Shown one piece after another: positions 26,244 through 36,793 of a DNA stretch of 52,859 bases. Source of the stretch: a virus (Duplodnaviria > Caudoviricetes). The translations under genes were made by a program, and so were the position numbers. The notes under the pieces were generated by a model. That model ran no database searches and was not told the DNA's origin. It saw only the letters and a program-made list of their open reading frames with translations. The stretch's first letter is position 1. Each line of letters opens with the position of its first letter. The stretch is from positions 1-52,859 of IMG/VR virus record IMGVR_UViG_3300033489_000012, one strand, 5' to 3'.

Positions 26244-28689
26244 TCTCGGAACACTCTATGCACAAATAGGTCTGGATACCGCCCTCCTGAAGCGAAATGC
26301 GGGAGAGGCACAAAGCATTTTGAACAGCTCGGTCAATTCCATGAAATCTACCTTGGCCGGGCTGGCCGGGGTTTTGGGGGTAGGGATGGGGGTGGCGGGA
26401 TTGGTGGCGGTGGTCAAAAGCGCGGTGTCGTCTTATTCGGATGCCGAGTCATCCATAAAACGATTAAGCATAGCGGTGGAGAGCACCGGAGCGGTTTGGG
26501 AATCGGCTAAGGATGGAATTATATCTTATACGCAGGAAATGCAAAAAACCACCCGGTTCAGCGATGAGGAGGTTCAGGCCTCCCTATCCCGGGTGATCAA
26601 TTTAACCGGAAACGTCGGGGAAAGTTTCAGGATAACCTCACTGGCTGCGGACCTGGCTGCCGCCGGGTTTGGGGGACTAGAAGAGACCACCAGTCTACTT
26701 AGCCGGACTATGAGCGGGAACACCATGATGCTGGAGAAGCAATTGCCCATACTCAAAGAAATGTTCAAGGACTTAGGGGAGGGTGCCACTAATGCGCAGA
26801 AGGCGGAGGTGGCTTTCCGTTATCTGAATGAGCGGTGGGGGGGAGCTGCGCAAAAAGATTTGCTCACTTTTGCCGGGGCGATGCAATCCCTGAAAAACTG
26901 GGTGGATGAGATAAAAGAGGCATTTGGCGGGGTGATTGCGATTCAACTTTTGCCCCGGATAAGGGAATGGCGGGATGCCATAATCGGGTTTATAGAAAGC
27001 GGGAAAGTAGACAAATGGGCTAAGGATTTTGGGGAAGCGATTGTCAAGTATGGGGGGATGGTGAAGGACTGGATGATCTGGCTTTGGGAACATCGGAACA
27101 CCATAAAAACAGCATTTGAGATATTCTTAACCTATAAAATTATTCAGGGTATAAATTCGATGTATTCAGGCTTAGTTGGTTTAGCCACTCAAATAGGAGT
27201 ATGCACCGCTCAAGCAACTGCCTTTGCTTTAACCCCATTGGGGGCTGCTTTGTTGGCCGGAACAGCTTTATACTTTGAAGCGAAAATGATTTTATCAATT
27301 CCGAAAGAGGAGGAAATTAAGAATGCCGCTATGCAGATTAAAACCTACCTCCAGGAATCGTTCGCACCATTGGATGAAACCTATAAAAAGACCAGCGCAG
27401 CATTTCAGGAAATTGCAGGATTAATATCTGGCACTGTTAAGGGAATACCCGCAAAAATAAAACTACCGGGAATAGATTTGGGGGGAGGAGTGAAAGAGAG
27501 AAAGATTCAGACCCCGGAAATGGATCTGGGGATTTTCAAATCCTCAATCGATCTGCAGGTGGCGGGATATAAAGATCTTCTGGATCATGCGGTAAGGACA
27601 AAGGCGGATTTGAGTGCGGTCTGGGGAGATTATTCGAGAGCAAGGATTGAGCAGATCAAGATGGAAGGCGAGGAGATGTTTAAGCAGGGGGCGCCCATAG
27701 AATTGATACTTCAATTGAGCCGATTTAGAATAGCAGATCTGGAAAAAGAGCGCAAGGGATTGTTGGATAACACTGCCGCCACCAAAGAACTGCTCGACAC
27801 TTCGGTTGGATTATACCAGGGGATTTTTAGCTCGGAGGTGACATCAATAGAAACGAAAAAAGCCCTCTGGGAGGATTATAAAAACGTCCGGTTCCTGCAA
27901 ATAGAGGCGGAGGCGAAGAAACTTGAGGAACTGGGAGTATCCCAGAGTTTAATTGACGCAACCGTACTGGCCGAAAAGGCGGAAGTTTTAAGTCAAGAAA
28001 GAGAGCTATACGCGGAGCATTCGGAGTTTGTGAGGGGGATCTATCAGGGACTATATCAGGGCATAGGTGATTTTGCGGGGAATATGGTGAAAGGAATGTT
28101 TGACACTCACAAGAGTTTCTACGCAAACTTACAGTCGGCGGCGAAGGCATTCGGGGATTTCCTGATAAATCTTTTAGGGAGTTTAGTCGCTACCTGGATT
28201 ACCAGTCATCTAATAGAAATCGGGCTATTCAAAACCAAGGAAATGGCTAAGACTGCGATCTTAGCACAGGAGATAGCGAAGCGAAAAGCTATGGAAGCTG
28301 CGGCCAGTTTCTTGGGTCCTTTGGGGACCATAGCGGGATTGTTTTCATTGGCTTTTTCCAAGGGTGGCTTGGTTCAGGCATTACAGACTGGAGGTATGGT
28401 CACCGGGGGAATCTGGGGGAGGGATTCGGTGCCGATCATAGCTATGCCGGGGGAATATTATTTTAAGGAACCATCGGCGCGAAAGATTGGGATCCCGGCG
28501 CTGGAATATATGAATAGAACCGGAACGATACCGGGAAAAAGTGGTGATACCACAATTCAGGTGGAGATGGGGGATTTTAATTTTGGTGGGATGAATCGCA
28601 GAGATGCTTTGCTTTTTCCTCTCGAATTCAAAGATAAAGTCCTGGAAGTTTTTAAGGAATTAGTCAAAAAGCACAAACTGGAGATATAA
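26236..28689 (+). CDS. Tape measure protein
   Basis: 817 aa, Ala/Gly-rich helical; C-terminal GGMVTGG..RDSVPIIAMPGEY; follows the chaperones. Confidence 0.92.
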   Translation: MANLGTLYAQIGLDTALLKRNAGEAQSILNSSVNSMKSTLAGLAGVLGVGMGVAGLVAVVKSAVSSYSDAESSIKRLSIAVESTGAVWESAKDGIISYTQEMQKTTRFSDEEVQASLSRVINLTGNVGESFRITSLAADLAAAGFGGLEETTSLLSRTMSGNTMMLEKQLPILKEMFKDLGEGATNAQKAEVAFRYLNERWGGAAQKDLLTFAGAMQSLKNWVDEIKEAFGGVIAIQLLPRIREWRDAIIGFIESGKVDKWAKDFGEAIVKYGGMVKDWMIWLWEHRNTIKTAFEIFLTYKIIQGINSMYSGLVGLATQIGVCTAQATAFALTPLGAALLAGTALYFEAKMILSIPKEEEIKNAAMQIKTYLQESFAPLDETYKKTSAAFQEIAGLISGTVKGIPAKIKLPGIDLGGGVKERKIQTPEMDLGIFKSSIDLQVAGYKDLLDHAVRTKADLSAVWGDYSRARIEQIKMEGEEMFKQGAPIELILQLSRFRIADLEKERKGLLDNTAATKELLDTSVGLYQGIFSSEVTSIETKKALWEDYKNVRFLQIEAEAKKLEELGVSQSLIDATVLAEKAEVLSQERELYAEHSEFVRGIYQGLYQGIGDFAGNMVKGMFDTHKSFYANLQSAAKAFGDFLINLLGSLVATWITSHLIEIGLFKTKEMAKTAILAQEIAKRKAMEAAASFLGPLGTIAGLFSLAFSKGGLVQALQTGGMVTGGIWGRDSVPIIAMPGEYYFKEPSARKIGIPALEYMNRTGTIPGKSGDTTIQVEMGDFNFGGMNRRDALLFPLEFKDKVLEVFKELVKKHKLEI

Positions 28690-31600
28690 ATGGCGGCAAT
28701 TTGTTGGTCTATAGTGAGTACAGATTTTCCCAATTTTGGAGAAGTGGCCGTTGGGGATTTTGTAGAGCATACGTTTAGAATAACCAATACGGGTGATGGA
28801 ACTTTGGCAGGAACGGTTGCAATGATTACGGGGACGAACTTTTCCATTCAGGGGACGGCGGCTTATTCTTTAGGGGCTGGACAATCCCAGGATTTTACGA
28901 TCAGATTTGCGCCGATAAGCATCGGAACAAAATCTGATATAATTGATGCTGGCAATGACCTCTGCTACGACAGAAATGTTATAGGCAAAGGCATCTCTGG
29001 TGCGATTTGCAAAATCCTGACACCTTATGATTACGCTAAGCCAGTGGATGCCCTTCTTGCATCGGGTTCACCCGCAGCATCTTTGAATTTTGGATCGGTT
29101 GCTGTGGGTAGTTATGTTGAGATGAAATTCAAAATAAAAAATACCGGAGAGGTAGGTAACCTTGCCGGCACCGTATCTGTTGGAGGATCGGACTTTTCTA
29201 TTCAGGGGACGGCGGCATACAATTTAGCTCCCCAGGCATCCCAAGAATTTACCGTTCGATTTGCGCCTTCATCGTATGGCTTAAAAACTGATTTCATAGA
29301 GACGGGGAATACTCTCTGTGATGATATTCCAATTATGGGAACGGGGAAAATGGCGCCTTCTTATATTCAGATAAATTGCGGGGTCGATCCTCTTTTACTG
29401 GATTTTGGAGACGTTGGCATCGGCGATCAAAAAGACTTGCAATTTCAAATCACAAATATGGCCGATACGGGAACTTTGGCTGGAACTGTCTCCGTTTCTG
29501 GTTCGGGATTTTCAATAGTAGGAACGGCTGCTTATAGTTTGGCTTCCGGAGTATCTCAGACCTTTACTGTCCGTTTTGCCCCGACAACTTTTGGTGAAAA
29601 ATCCGTTTTTGTTGAGACGGGAAATAATCTATGTAAAGATATTCGGGCTACGGGAAAAGGGAAAATGGTCGCCCTCCCTATTGAGTTTTGCAGGATCGAG
29701 CCGAAAGAATTGAATTTTGGAAATGTGGGAATAAATAACTCTTCCGATCTTAAATTTCAGATAACCAATATTGGAATGGTTAATCATCTCGAAGGAACTG
29801 CCAGTATTATCGGGTCTGAATTTTCACTTCCCGATACCACCTATTATTTTCTTGCGCCCGGGGGAAAGGCGTCAATAATAGTTCGATTCACCCCCACGAG
29901 TTTTGGAGTCAAAACGGCTTTCGTCAACCTGGGGAATACCACCTGTCATGACGTCGCACTTACCGGACGCGGTGCGATGGAAGCCATACCCTTACCTGAA
30001 TTTTGTAATGTGGATCCCCTGGAGATAGACTTCGGCATTATACCTTTCGGTAGCTATGCGGAAGCTCCATTCAAGATCACCAATACGGGAAGAATCGCAA
30101 CTTTAGCCGGCACGGTTGCCGTCACCAGTGACGATTTCTCGATTCAGGGAACGGCTACCTATAGTTTGACTCCCGGGCAGTCTCAGACATTCACGCTAAG
30201 ATTTAAACCCACGACTTTCGGGCCTAAGTCTGTTTTTATCGATACGGGCAATATGGTATGTAAGGACATTCTTGCCAAGGGATCAGCTCGGATGAGAGCT
30301 GTGCCCCTTGATTTTTGCGAAGTTATTGTTGGGGACAAAGGGATGGATTTTGGCGTAGTTCAAGTCGGAAGCTATGCTGATATAAAATTCGAGATTAAGA
30401 ATGTCGGGGTTGTGGCTTCCCCGGAGACTGCAAATTTAGTCGGCGCAGTTTCAATTGACGGACCGGACTTTGATATCCAGGGAACGAGTGAATACGATTT
30501 AGCACCCGGGGAATCTTCTGTCTTTACTCTTAGGTTTGCTCCGCAAAGGCCCGGATTGAAATCAAAAATAGTCGATCTGGGGAATAGTTTATGCAAAAAT
30601 TTATCCGCAACCGGAGTAGGATTCGGTCCTGTAGCCATACCTATAACTACTTGTGAAGTAATAACGGCCGGTCTTGATTTTGGAGACGTGTTAATTGGCG
30701 AATCGTTAGAAAAAACGATCCGGATTAAGAACACGGGAACCGATGGAAATTTGACGGGAACGGTTTCGGTTGTTGGCCCCGATTTTACGATCCAGGGATC
30801 GGCGACTTATGATCTGGCGCCCGGGGGATCTAAATGGTTTACCATTCGCTTTGCGCCCTTATCAACAGGATACAAGGAAAAGACCATAGAAACCGGCAAC
30901 GCCTTATGTTCCGACCTGACCGTGACTGGAACTGGAACTTCGGCGCCAATCTGCACCCTTGATGTCACCAGTCTTGATTTTGGAAATGTTGCGGTAGATG
31001 AATATTCAGAAAAACAGTTTACTATCACGAATGATGGACAGGAATCGCTTGCCGGAACGGTATCGGCAAACGGGACGGGTTTCTCCATCCAAGGGACGGC
31101 TGCCTATAATTTAGGTGCCGGAGAGTATCAAAACTTTACGGTAAGATTCACACCTGGAAGTCTGGGGGTTAAGACCGGAATCATAGAAACCGGCAATGTC
31201 TTATGTTCTGACATCTACGTTACGGGAACAGGAGGCAGTACATGTACTTTGGATCCCACGTCTTTAAACTTCGGAACTGTGGGGACAGAAACCATTAAAG
31301 ACATGATTTTGCGGATCACGAATTACGGAACCGCCGTATTGTCCGGCACGGTTAGTATCGCCACCGGGGGGAGTCAATTCAGCATTATCGGTGATGCCAC
31401 CTATTCGTTGGCAACCGGAGAGTATCAGGACTTCACTATTCGATTTACATCGGATGAGCCAGGCGTATTCCCTGGGAGTGTGGAGACCGGAAATGCCTTG
31501 TGTTCGGACATCACATTGACTGCCACTGCGATATATATTGCCACTACCCCGTTCTTCGATTATGAATCAACAACGGTTTATTTGCGCAAGACTCCCATCC

Positions 31601-31926
31601 CGCCATATCCCGTTAGCCCGGAAATACCAGCAACAATTAGCAGAACGGAAGATTTGAAGATAAAGGTATACGAGCATGGACTGGCCGGAGATAAAAAACG
31701 GACCATCGTCTTAACCGCTTACATGAAGATCGTTGATGATGTGGGCTACCGATGGCTGGATCTGGAAAGTTTCTATCACGAAACCATACACGGAGCCCGG
31801 GAAAGATTCACCTTCTCCGATGGAGTTCATGTTTATACGGTCAGGATGACTGATTTTGGATCTCCGCAGCAGGAGACCTCGAATATTATGAAGATACGAA
31901 TGGTTTTAGAGGAAGACTACGCATGA
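28690..31926 (+). CDS. Distal-tail-like protein with nine tandem Ig-like (choice-of-anchor D/ASH-type) repeats
   Basis: Nine ~105-aa repeats C..LDFG.V......F.I.N.G...L.G.V....F..RF.P...G.K....TGN.LC.D, plus a ~125-aa C-terminal domain; sits in the Dit position. Confidence 0.75.
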   Translation: MAAICWSIVSTDFPNFGEVAVGDFVEHTFRITNTGDGTLAGTVAMITGTNFSIQGTAAYSLGAGQSQDFTIRFAPISIGTKSDIIDAGNDLCYDRNVIGKGISGAICKILTPYDYAKPVDALLASGSPAASLNFGSVAVGSYVEMKFKIKNTGEVGNLAGTVSVGGSDFSIQGTAAYNLAPQASQEFTVRFAPSSYGLKTDFIETGNTLCDDIPIMGTGKMAPSYIQINCGVDPLLLDFGDVGIGDQKDLQFQITNMADTGTLAGTVSVSGSGFSIVGTAAYSLASGVSQTFTVRFAPTTFGEKSVFVETGNNLCKDIRATGKGKMVALPIEFCRIEPKELNFGNVGINNSSDLKFQITNIGMVNHLEGTASIIGSEFSLPDTTYYFLAPGGKASIIVRFTPTSFGVKTAFVNLGNTTCHDVALTGRGAMEAIPLPEFCNVDPLEIDFGIIPFGSYAEAPFKITNTGRIATLAGTVAVTSDDFSIQGTATYSLTPGQSQTFTLRFKPTTFGPKSVFIDTGNMVCKDILAKGSARMRAVPLDFCEVIVGDKGMDFGVVQVGSYADIKFEIKNVGVVASPETANLVGAVSIDGPDFDIQGTSEYDLAPGESSVFTLRFAPQRPGLKSKIVDLGNSLCKNLSATGVGFGPVAIPITTCEVITAGLDFGDVLIGESLEKTIRIKNTGTDGNLTGTVSVVGPDFTIQGSATYDLAPGGSKWFTIRFAPLSTGYKEKTIETGNALCSDLTVTGTGTSAPICTLDVTSLDFGNVAVDEYSEKQFTITNDGQESLAGTVSANGTGFSIQGTAAYNLGAGEYQNFTVRFTPGSLGVKTGIIETGNVLCSDIYVTGTGGSTCTLDPTSLNFGTVGTETIKDMILRITNYGTAVLSGTVSIATGGSQFSIIGDATYSLATGEYQDFTIRFTSDEPGVFPGSVETGNALCSDITLTATAIYIATTPFFDYESTTVYLRKTPIPPYPVSPEIPATISRTEDLKIKVYEHGLAGDKKRTIVLTAYMKIVDDVGYRWLDLESFYHETIHGARERFTFSDGVHVYTVRMTDFGSPQQETSNIMKIRMVLEEDYA

Positions 31927-34247
31927 AAACTCTGCCGGCAGCGATAGAGGCGGGAAAGGCGGGGAATTCAAAAAGGATAATCTTGTTTCGAATCATTCCT
32001 GAGCCGACTGATACCTGGACCGAGTTTCTCTGGGCAACCCAGGAGATAACCATAACGGACTGGGGGGGCGGAGGAACGTATAAAAAGTTCCTGGGGGGGA
32101 TTCTGGCAGAAGGCAAATTAGGCAGAATCCAAGAGTCAATAGATGTGGGCAAAGGTGGAAATGTGGCGACTGTTAGCAATCTCTCATTCGAGATCGCCAA
32201 CCCAGAGTACAGCGGAGAGGACCGATTCGATCAATCTTTCGCTCTTCATAACCTGGAGAACCGGACCTGCGAGATCTACCTCGCCTTCTATACGGGTTCT
32301 ACTCTGGCATATCCGAACATCCTTAAGCATCATACTTTTTTGGTTGAGGATGTCTCATATAATTATGAAACCTACAAGATTGAACTAAGAGACGCACAAG
32401 CCAAGAGGCATAAGGATATACCCGATTTAGTCCTGGATGACACAAATTATCCCAGGACGCCAAGATCAAACAAGGGACTGGCTGTTCCATTAGTGTACGG
32501 CAATCAGATTGAGGGTGATTTTAAGCATCATGACAAAAATCTCGTGCCAGCGTATAAGTGCGATACGGATAAGGTGGCTTTCATAATGTCGAGAAATAAA
32601 ACCGCAATCAGCCCCCGCTTGGTATTCCATGATTTCTGTCTTTACTTCAGCGACATTAATCGGTATGCTTTAATTTATCCACGTAATGCCGGGGCGAATT
32701 TCGGTTTGAGTTCTGATCGTCCAAGCACGCTGTCATTGCCATATGGTCATATACTCAAAGCGACTTTTTGGTCGCAGGGGCAAGAACAGGGTTCACGCAC
32801 CGATCCATGGGACTTGGATTTGTCAAACGTTACCGACAATGACGATTCAACCGGACTGATCTTGACTTCGGGGCAAAAGTTATTTTTGAAATTTCCGGTG
32901 CCCACTGTGGAATTCGCTCACATCTTAGAGGAAAGCAAGTTGAAATTAGTTATTCAAATTGGGACAATAAATACTAACTTCCCGTCAGCCGTTGCTATTG
33001 CCAAATATTTTAATCCCGACACCTTTTTGGGAGAGGGGGGGGGAGAACAGAGCGAGGGCAGACCATCGAATGGTGTAATAATTACCGGGGATTATCAAAA
33101 TAAGAATTTTGTTTATAAATTCGGGCTGGACAAAACCGCACATGGAAAAAGTGAGACAGGTATGGACCAATATGATCCATGGACTTTGAATGAGATTCAG
33201 ACTTACGATTTTGGAATCGATGTCTACGACTGGACTCCAAGCATAGAGATAAAAAATATGTATCTGGAATTAGAGGATTTAATTTTTGAAGCCAGATATG
33301 CTGTATCGGCAGCAGGACTCAAAATCCAGCAGGAAAGACAAAAAAGGAGAGGATTGACCGGGGGATTGTATTCCACCGATATAATATTCATTCCGAATCT
33401 TGGTGAGAACTTCGGAGACTGGATTTCCGATAAGCGCAACAATGGTCTCTTAGGCTCGACTCTTATAGAAACCGGCGCCTATATTATCGAATGCATTTTA
33501 AGGAATGAGTTGGGACTCACCTCCGCCGAAATAGACGTTGAATCCTTTGATCTACTGGGCAATGTTACGTCTGGCGAGCGCAAGAACTGGAAGCTCGCTG
33601 GCAATGTAGATTCTCAAGACAATTCCCTGGATGTGATTAAGGGATTGTGTAGAGAACTTTGCATCGGTTATTTCTGTGATTATCAAAACAAGGAATCGGT
33701 AATCGCCCTGAAGAAGCAGACGGCGGTGAAAACCATCGACCGGGAGACTATCTGTGAGGGCAAAATTGCGATTAAGTTTTCAGACCTGGATTTGGTATAC
33801 AATAAATTTTATATTCACTATAAGAAGAACAACAACGATACCTATGACTCGACAAAATTTTTAACCGCCGCCGATCATAATTTAATAAGCAATGACAGGG
33901 CGGGGACTCCGGATACCTATACGGGCTTATGCGCCGATAGTCAGACAAAATATAATACGACCAAGAAATTCGAGATAAAATGCAACTGGATCAGGGACGA
34001 TGCCACAGCGGATTTATTGTGCCGGTGGCTTGCCGAATGGTTCTGTTATCGTCATTTTATCCCTGAATTTTCGGCCGGTTTGGACCATATTGAATTGGAG
34101 ATGGGGGATCAGATTAAGTTGAACCACACACTACTGCCGACAGGGGTCTCCGATGACGATTCATTTATGATTTGGGATATTGATTTCGATATGGGCAACG
34201 ACAATATCGGATATAAACTGATCCAGATACCGGATCTGTTGGAATAA
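31923..34247 (+). CDS. Tail tip / baseplate hub protein
   Basis: VPLVYG motif; C-terminal IRDDATA...LEMGDQI; synteny. Confidence 0.75.
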   Translation: MKTLPAAIEAGKAGNSKRIILFRIIPEPTDTWTEFLWATQEITITDWGGGGTYKKFLGGILAEGKLGRIQESIDVGKGGNVATVSNLSFEIANPEYSGEDRFDQSFALHNLENRTCEIYLAFYTGSTLAYPNILKHHTFLVEDVSYNYETYKIELRDAQAKRHKDIPDLVLDDTNYPRTPRSNKGLAVPLVYGNQIEGDFKHHDKNLVPAYKCDTDKVAFIMSRNKTAISPRLVFHDFCLYFSDINRYALIYPRNAGANFGLSSDRPSTLSLPYGHILKATFWSQGQEQGSRTDPWDLDLSNVTDNDDSTGLILTSGQKLFLKFPVPTVEFAHILEESKLKLVIQIGTINTNFPSAVAIAKYFNPDTFLGEGGGEQSEGRPSNGVIITGDYQNKNFVYKFGLDKTAHGKSETGMDQYDPWTLNEIQTYDFGIDVYDWTPSIEIKNMYLELEDLIFEARYAVSAAGLKIQQERQKRRGLTGGLYSTDIIFIPNLGENFGDWISDKRNNGLLGSTLIETGAYIIECILRNELGLTSAEIDVESFDLLGNVTSGERKNWKLAGNVDSQDNSLDVIKGLCRELCIGYFCDYQNKESVIALKKQTAVKTIDRETICEGKIAIKFSDLDLVYNKFYIHYKKNNNDTYDSTKFLTAADHNLISNDRAGTPDTYTGLCADSQTKYNTTKKFEIKCNWIRDDATADLLCRWLAEWFCYRHFIPEFSAGLDHIELEMGDQIKLNHTLLPTGVSDDDSFMIWDIDFDMGNDNIGYKLIQIPDLLE

Positions 34248-34304
34248 AATCTTAAACAGAGACCTGAACCATGCGATTCAGGGCGGAGGAGGTAGTAAGA
34301 AATA

Positions 34305-34721
34305 ATGGGATTTAAAAAGGGAGAATATAAACACTCAGAAGAAACCATAAAGAAAATGTCCGAATTCCAGAAATTGCAGAAAGGGAAACCTAAATCTGAA
34401 AAATTTAAACAAGTTAGAATGGGAAGTGGAAATCCTAACTGGAAAGGAGGAAAAAGAAAAGATGTAAATGGTTATGTCTATATTTATATGCCCAATCATC
34501 CTTTTACATATAAGGGACATTGTGTCCTTGAACATCGCTTTGTTATGGAAAAACATTTAGGTAGGACTCTTTTGCCGACAGAAGTTGTCCATCATATTAA
34601 TGGGATTACAGATGATAATAGGATTGAAAATCTGATGCTCTTTACTAATGGAGAACATGTGAAACTTCACCAATTAAAGAAAAATTCTAATTCAAAAAAC
34701 AAAGGAAGGAGAGTAAGATGA
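34305..34721 (+). CDS. HNH homing endonuclease with NUMOD3 motif
   Basis: HSEETIKKMS and EHRFVMEKHLGR...VHHING...DNRIENL motifs; AT-rich. Confidence 0.92.
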   Translation: MGFKKGEYKHSEETIKKMSEFQKLQKGKPKSEKFKQVRMGSGNPNWKGGKRKDVNGYVYIYMPNHPFTYKGHCVLEHRFVMEKHLGRTLLPTEVVHHINGITDDNRIENLMLFTNGEHVKLHQLKKNSNSKNKGRRVR

Positions 34722-35245
34722 AAAAGTTGCTGGTAATCGTATTGGCAGTTCTTTTCGTTCTGCCGGTTGTTTGTGGAGCCCAGGAGGTGCAATCAAAGTG
34801 GGCGAAGGGTACCGGAGGGGTATTCTGTACCTATGGACAGTTTCAGAAAGCAGAGTTTAGCGGGATTTTCAACGTGGAGGGTCTGCTTCGTCTCAAAGGT
34901 GATAAACTCTACGGAGGGGCGCAATACCGGAAGATCAACAATGAGGGACTTTCATTCAACGATCTTACCGCTATGATTTATTTGTATACCCGGGATCTGA
35001 ATAAATCCATTGAGGATAAGAAGCCACAATTGTATTTGAAAGTGGGTGTCGGTGGAGCGCATGAGACCGGGACACTTGCGGTGGTATCGGTCAATGGTGG
35101 ATTCGGTTTACTGATCCCGACACCCATAACAAATACAGGGGGACTCGTCGTGGAACTGACCGGATTTAATATTTTCCAACCCTCCGAGAATGACGTTTCT
35201 TCAATTCTTTTCACCGCGGGGATTCAGGCAGGACTGGACTTCTGA
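34718..35245 (+). CDS. Outer-membrane beta-barrel protein (Lom/Ail-like)
   Basis: Signal peptide, amphipathic strands, terminal FTAGIQAGLDF beta-signal. Confidence 0.7.
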   Translation: MKKLLVIVLAVLFVLPVVCGAQEVQSKWAKGTGGVFCTYGQFQKAEFSGIFNVEGLLRLKGDKLYGGAQYRKINNEGLSFNDLTAMIYLYTRDLNKSIEDKKPQLYLKVGVGGAHETGTLAVVSVNGGFGLLIPTPITNTGGLVVELTGFNIFQPSENDVSSILFTAGIQAGLDF

Positions 35246-35300
35246 TGCGGTCAACGGATGAAACAGATTAAACGGACGAAACCTTTAACAAGGAGAGATT

Positions 35301-35561
35301 ATGGAAAGTTTGATTTATATTTTGAACGTCATAGCGGCCCTCATCATAATCCCTTTAACCACTTGGTTGAAGATGAAATTACCCGATCTTAGTTTTCTGC
35401 CACCACTGGTTGCCTTGGGGCTCGCCACCATTTTTGCGGTGGGGATTGATTGGGTGGGAGGTTTTCACCTCGACACAAAAACCCTACTCATGATCATCTT
35501 CGGATCCCAGTTCGTGGCTCAGCTCGGCTATGAGGGGAAGAAGATGGTCAATGGAGGATAG
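35301..35561 (+). CDS. Holin
   Basis: 86 aa with 2-3 TM helices, upstream of the endolysin. Confidence 0.7.
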   Translation: MESLIYILNVIAALIIIPLTTWLKMKLPDLSFLPPLVALGLATIFAVGIDWVGGFHLDTKTLLMIIFGSQFVAQLGYEGKKMVNGG

Positions 35562-35562
35562 T

Positions 35563-35820
35563 ATGGATATCTTTGATATTTTCAAACCACTGATGCCGAT
35601 CCTGCAGAAGGCGGTCAAGATCGAGTACGATAAAAAGGCGGTGGCCGAGTTGGTTCTTTATCTGCTTGGACCAGAGGAGAAGGATGACGAAACGGCTAAG
35701 ATGCTGGATGCGGTGATCAAGGGCGGAGAAGTGGTGGAGGTGGTGGATGGTCCGATAGCCAAAGCCGAAATCAAGAATCTCCGGGATTGGGCAAACAAGG
35801 CGAGATCTGATGTTCGATAA
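35563..35820 (+). CDS. Hypothetical protein (lysis region)
   Basis: GGAGG RBS before ATG 35563. Confidence 0.6.
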   Translation: MDIFDIFKPLMPILQKAVKIEYDKKAVAELVLYLLGPEEKDDETAKMLDAVIKGGEVVEVVDGPIAKAEIKNLRDWANKARSDVR

Positions 35821-36247
35821 AAAGCAATTCAAGGACCTGATCACCCGGGTTTTATCGGAGCATCCGGAGCTTTTATCCGATTCAGCCGTCAATCTACTTT
35901 TAAGCACCGCGGCTCAAGAAAGCCAATTCGGAAGATATTTGAGACAGGTAGGGGGAGGTCCTGCCTTAGGGGTTTTTCAGATGGAGCCGGAGACGTTCAT
36001 CTGGCTGCAGAGTGTTTATTTTGACGTTTACCCGGAGATATCAATCAGGATGGCGGAGGAACTCGAGTGGGATCTTCGGTTGTCTATCTTTATGGCTCGG
36101 TTAAAATACAGGTCGATACCCACCAAGCTTCCCGATGCAAACGATATCCCCGGTATGGCAAAATACTGGAACAGGTACTATAATGCAAATCCCGACCATG
36201 GCACCGATGCCGAATTTATAGAAAACTATCAGCGGTTCGTAGCATAA
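35810..36247 (+). CDS. Endolysin (lysozyme-like fold)
   Basis: TAAQES catalytic Glu, GPALGVFQMEP and AKYWNRYYN motifs. Confidence 0.8.
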   Translation: MFDKKQFKDLITRVLSEHPELLSDSAVNLLLSTAAQESQFGRYLRQVGGGPALGVFQMEPETFIWLQSVYFDVYPEISIRMAEELEWDLRLSIFMARLKYRSIPTKLPDANDIPGMAKYWNRYYNANPDHGTDAEFIENYQRFVA

Positions 36248-36643
36248 TCAAGACTTTTCTTGAAGAATAGGAGGAACACTGTTTGCGTCTTTAAGGGAAG
36301 GAAAGCGCCAGGGGAGCCGTTCTAAACTATTAATCACTTGTTCGATTTTTGTATTTGCTCGGATTACTCGATCTGGCATGTTTTGGATTTGCTGAATCTC
36401 GTTATCTTTTACCACATAGCAACACCCAGGAAGTTCCCGTGTTGTTGTTCCCTTCTCATCCTTGATAATAAGGTAATGCATCGGGACATTGAGATATCTA
36501 TGGTTCCCAAAGATGTTGCCAAAATCAACAAAAGAGCCAATGTACATTTTTCGGATTTTCCTCACACCAGCAATACGGTGTTCATGCATTTCTGGTTCTA
36601 TGACTAAAACCAACACTCTTTCACCTTCATGGGGATTGGGCAT
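36248..36643 (-). CDS. Hypothetical protein (moron gene 3)
   Basis: AAAGGAGTGA RBS; last gene of a leftward operon. Confidence 0.7.
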   Translation of the reverse strand: MPNPHEGERVLVLVIEPEMHEHRIAGVRKIRKMYIGSFVDFGNIFGNHRYLNVPMHYLIIKDEKGTTTRELPGCCYVVKDNEIQQIQNMPDRVIRANTKIEQVINSLERLPWRFPSLKDANSVPPILQEKS

Positions 36644-36655
36644 TGTTCACTCCTT

Positions 36656-36793
36656 TCAATTTGATTTTTTATCTTTCCATCGGTGACTACACTTACGGCA
36701 AACCCTTGTTTTATTTACAAGGGAATAGGTATTAGAGCTGCCGCATTCCGGACAGGGGAAAGACTTCGGGATTTTCTTTTTAGAGATTTTCAT
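36656..36793 (-). CDS. 45-aa Zn-ribbon protein (not in ORF track; moron gene 2)
   Basis: MKISKKKIPKSFPCPECGSSNTY...VCRKCSHRW; ATGA overlap with the upstream gene. Confidence 0.7.
   Translation of the reverse strand: MKISKKKIPKSFPCPECGSSNTYSLVNKTRVCRKCSHRWKDKKSN

Noticed and set aside
28690-34247. Diversity-generating retroelement targeting tail genes
   Set aside because: No reverse transcriptase and no adenine-specific TR/VR pair seen; the Ig repeats are old and divergent
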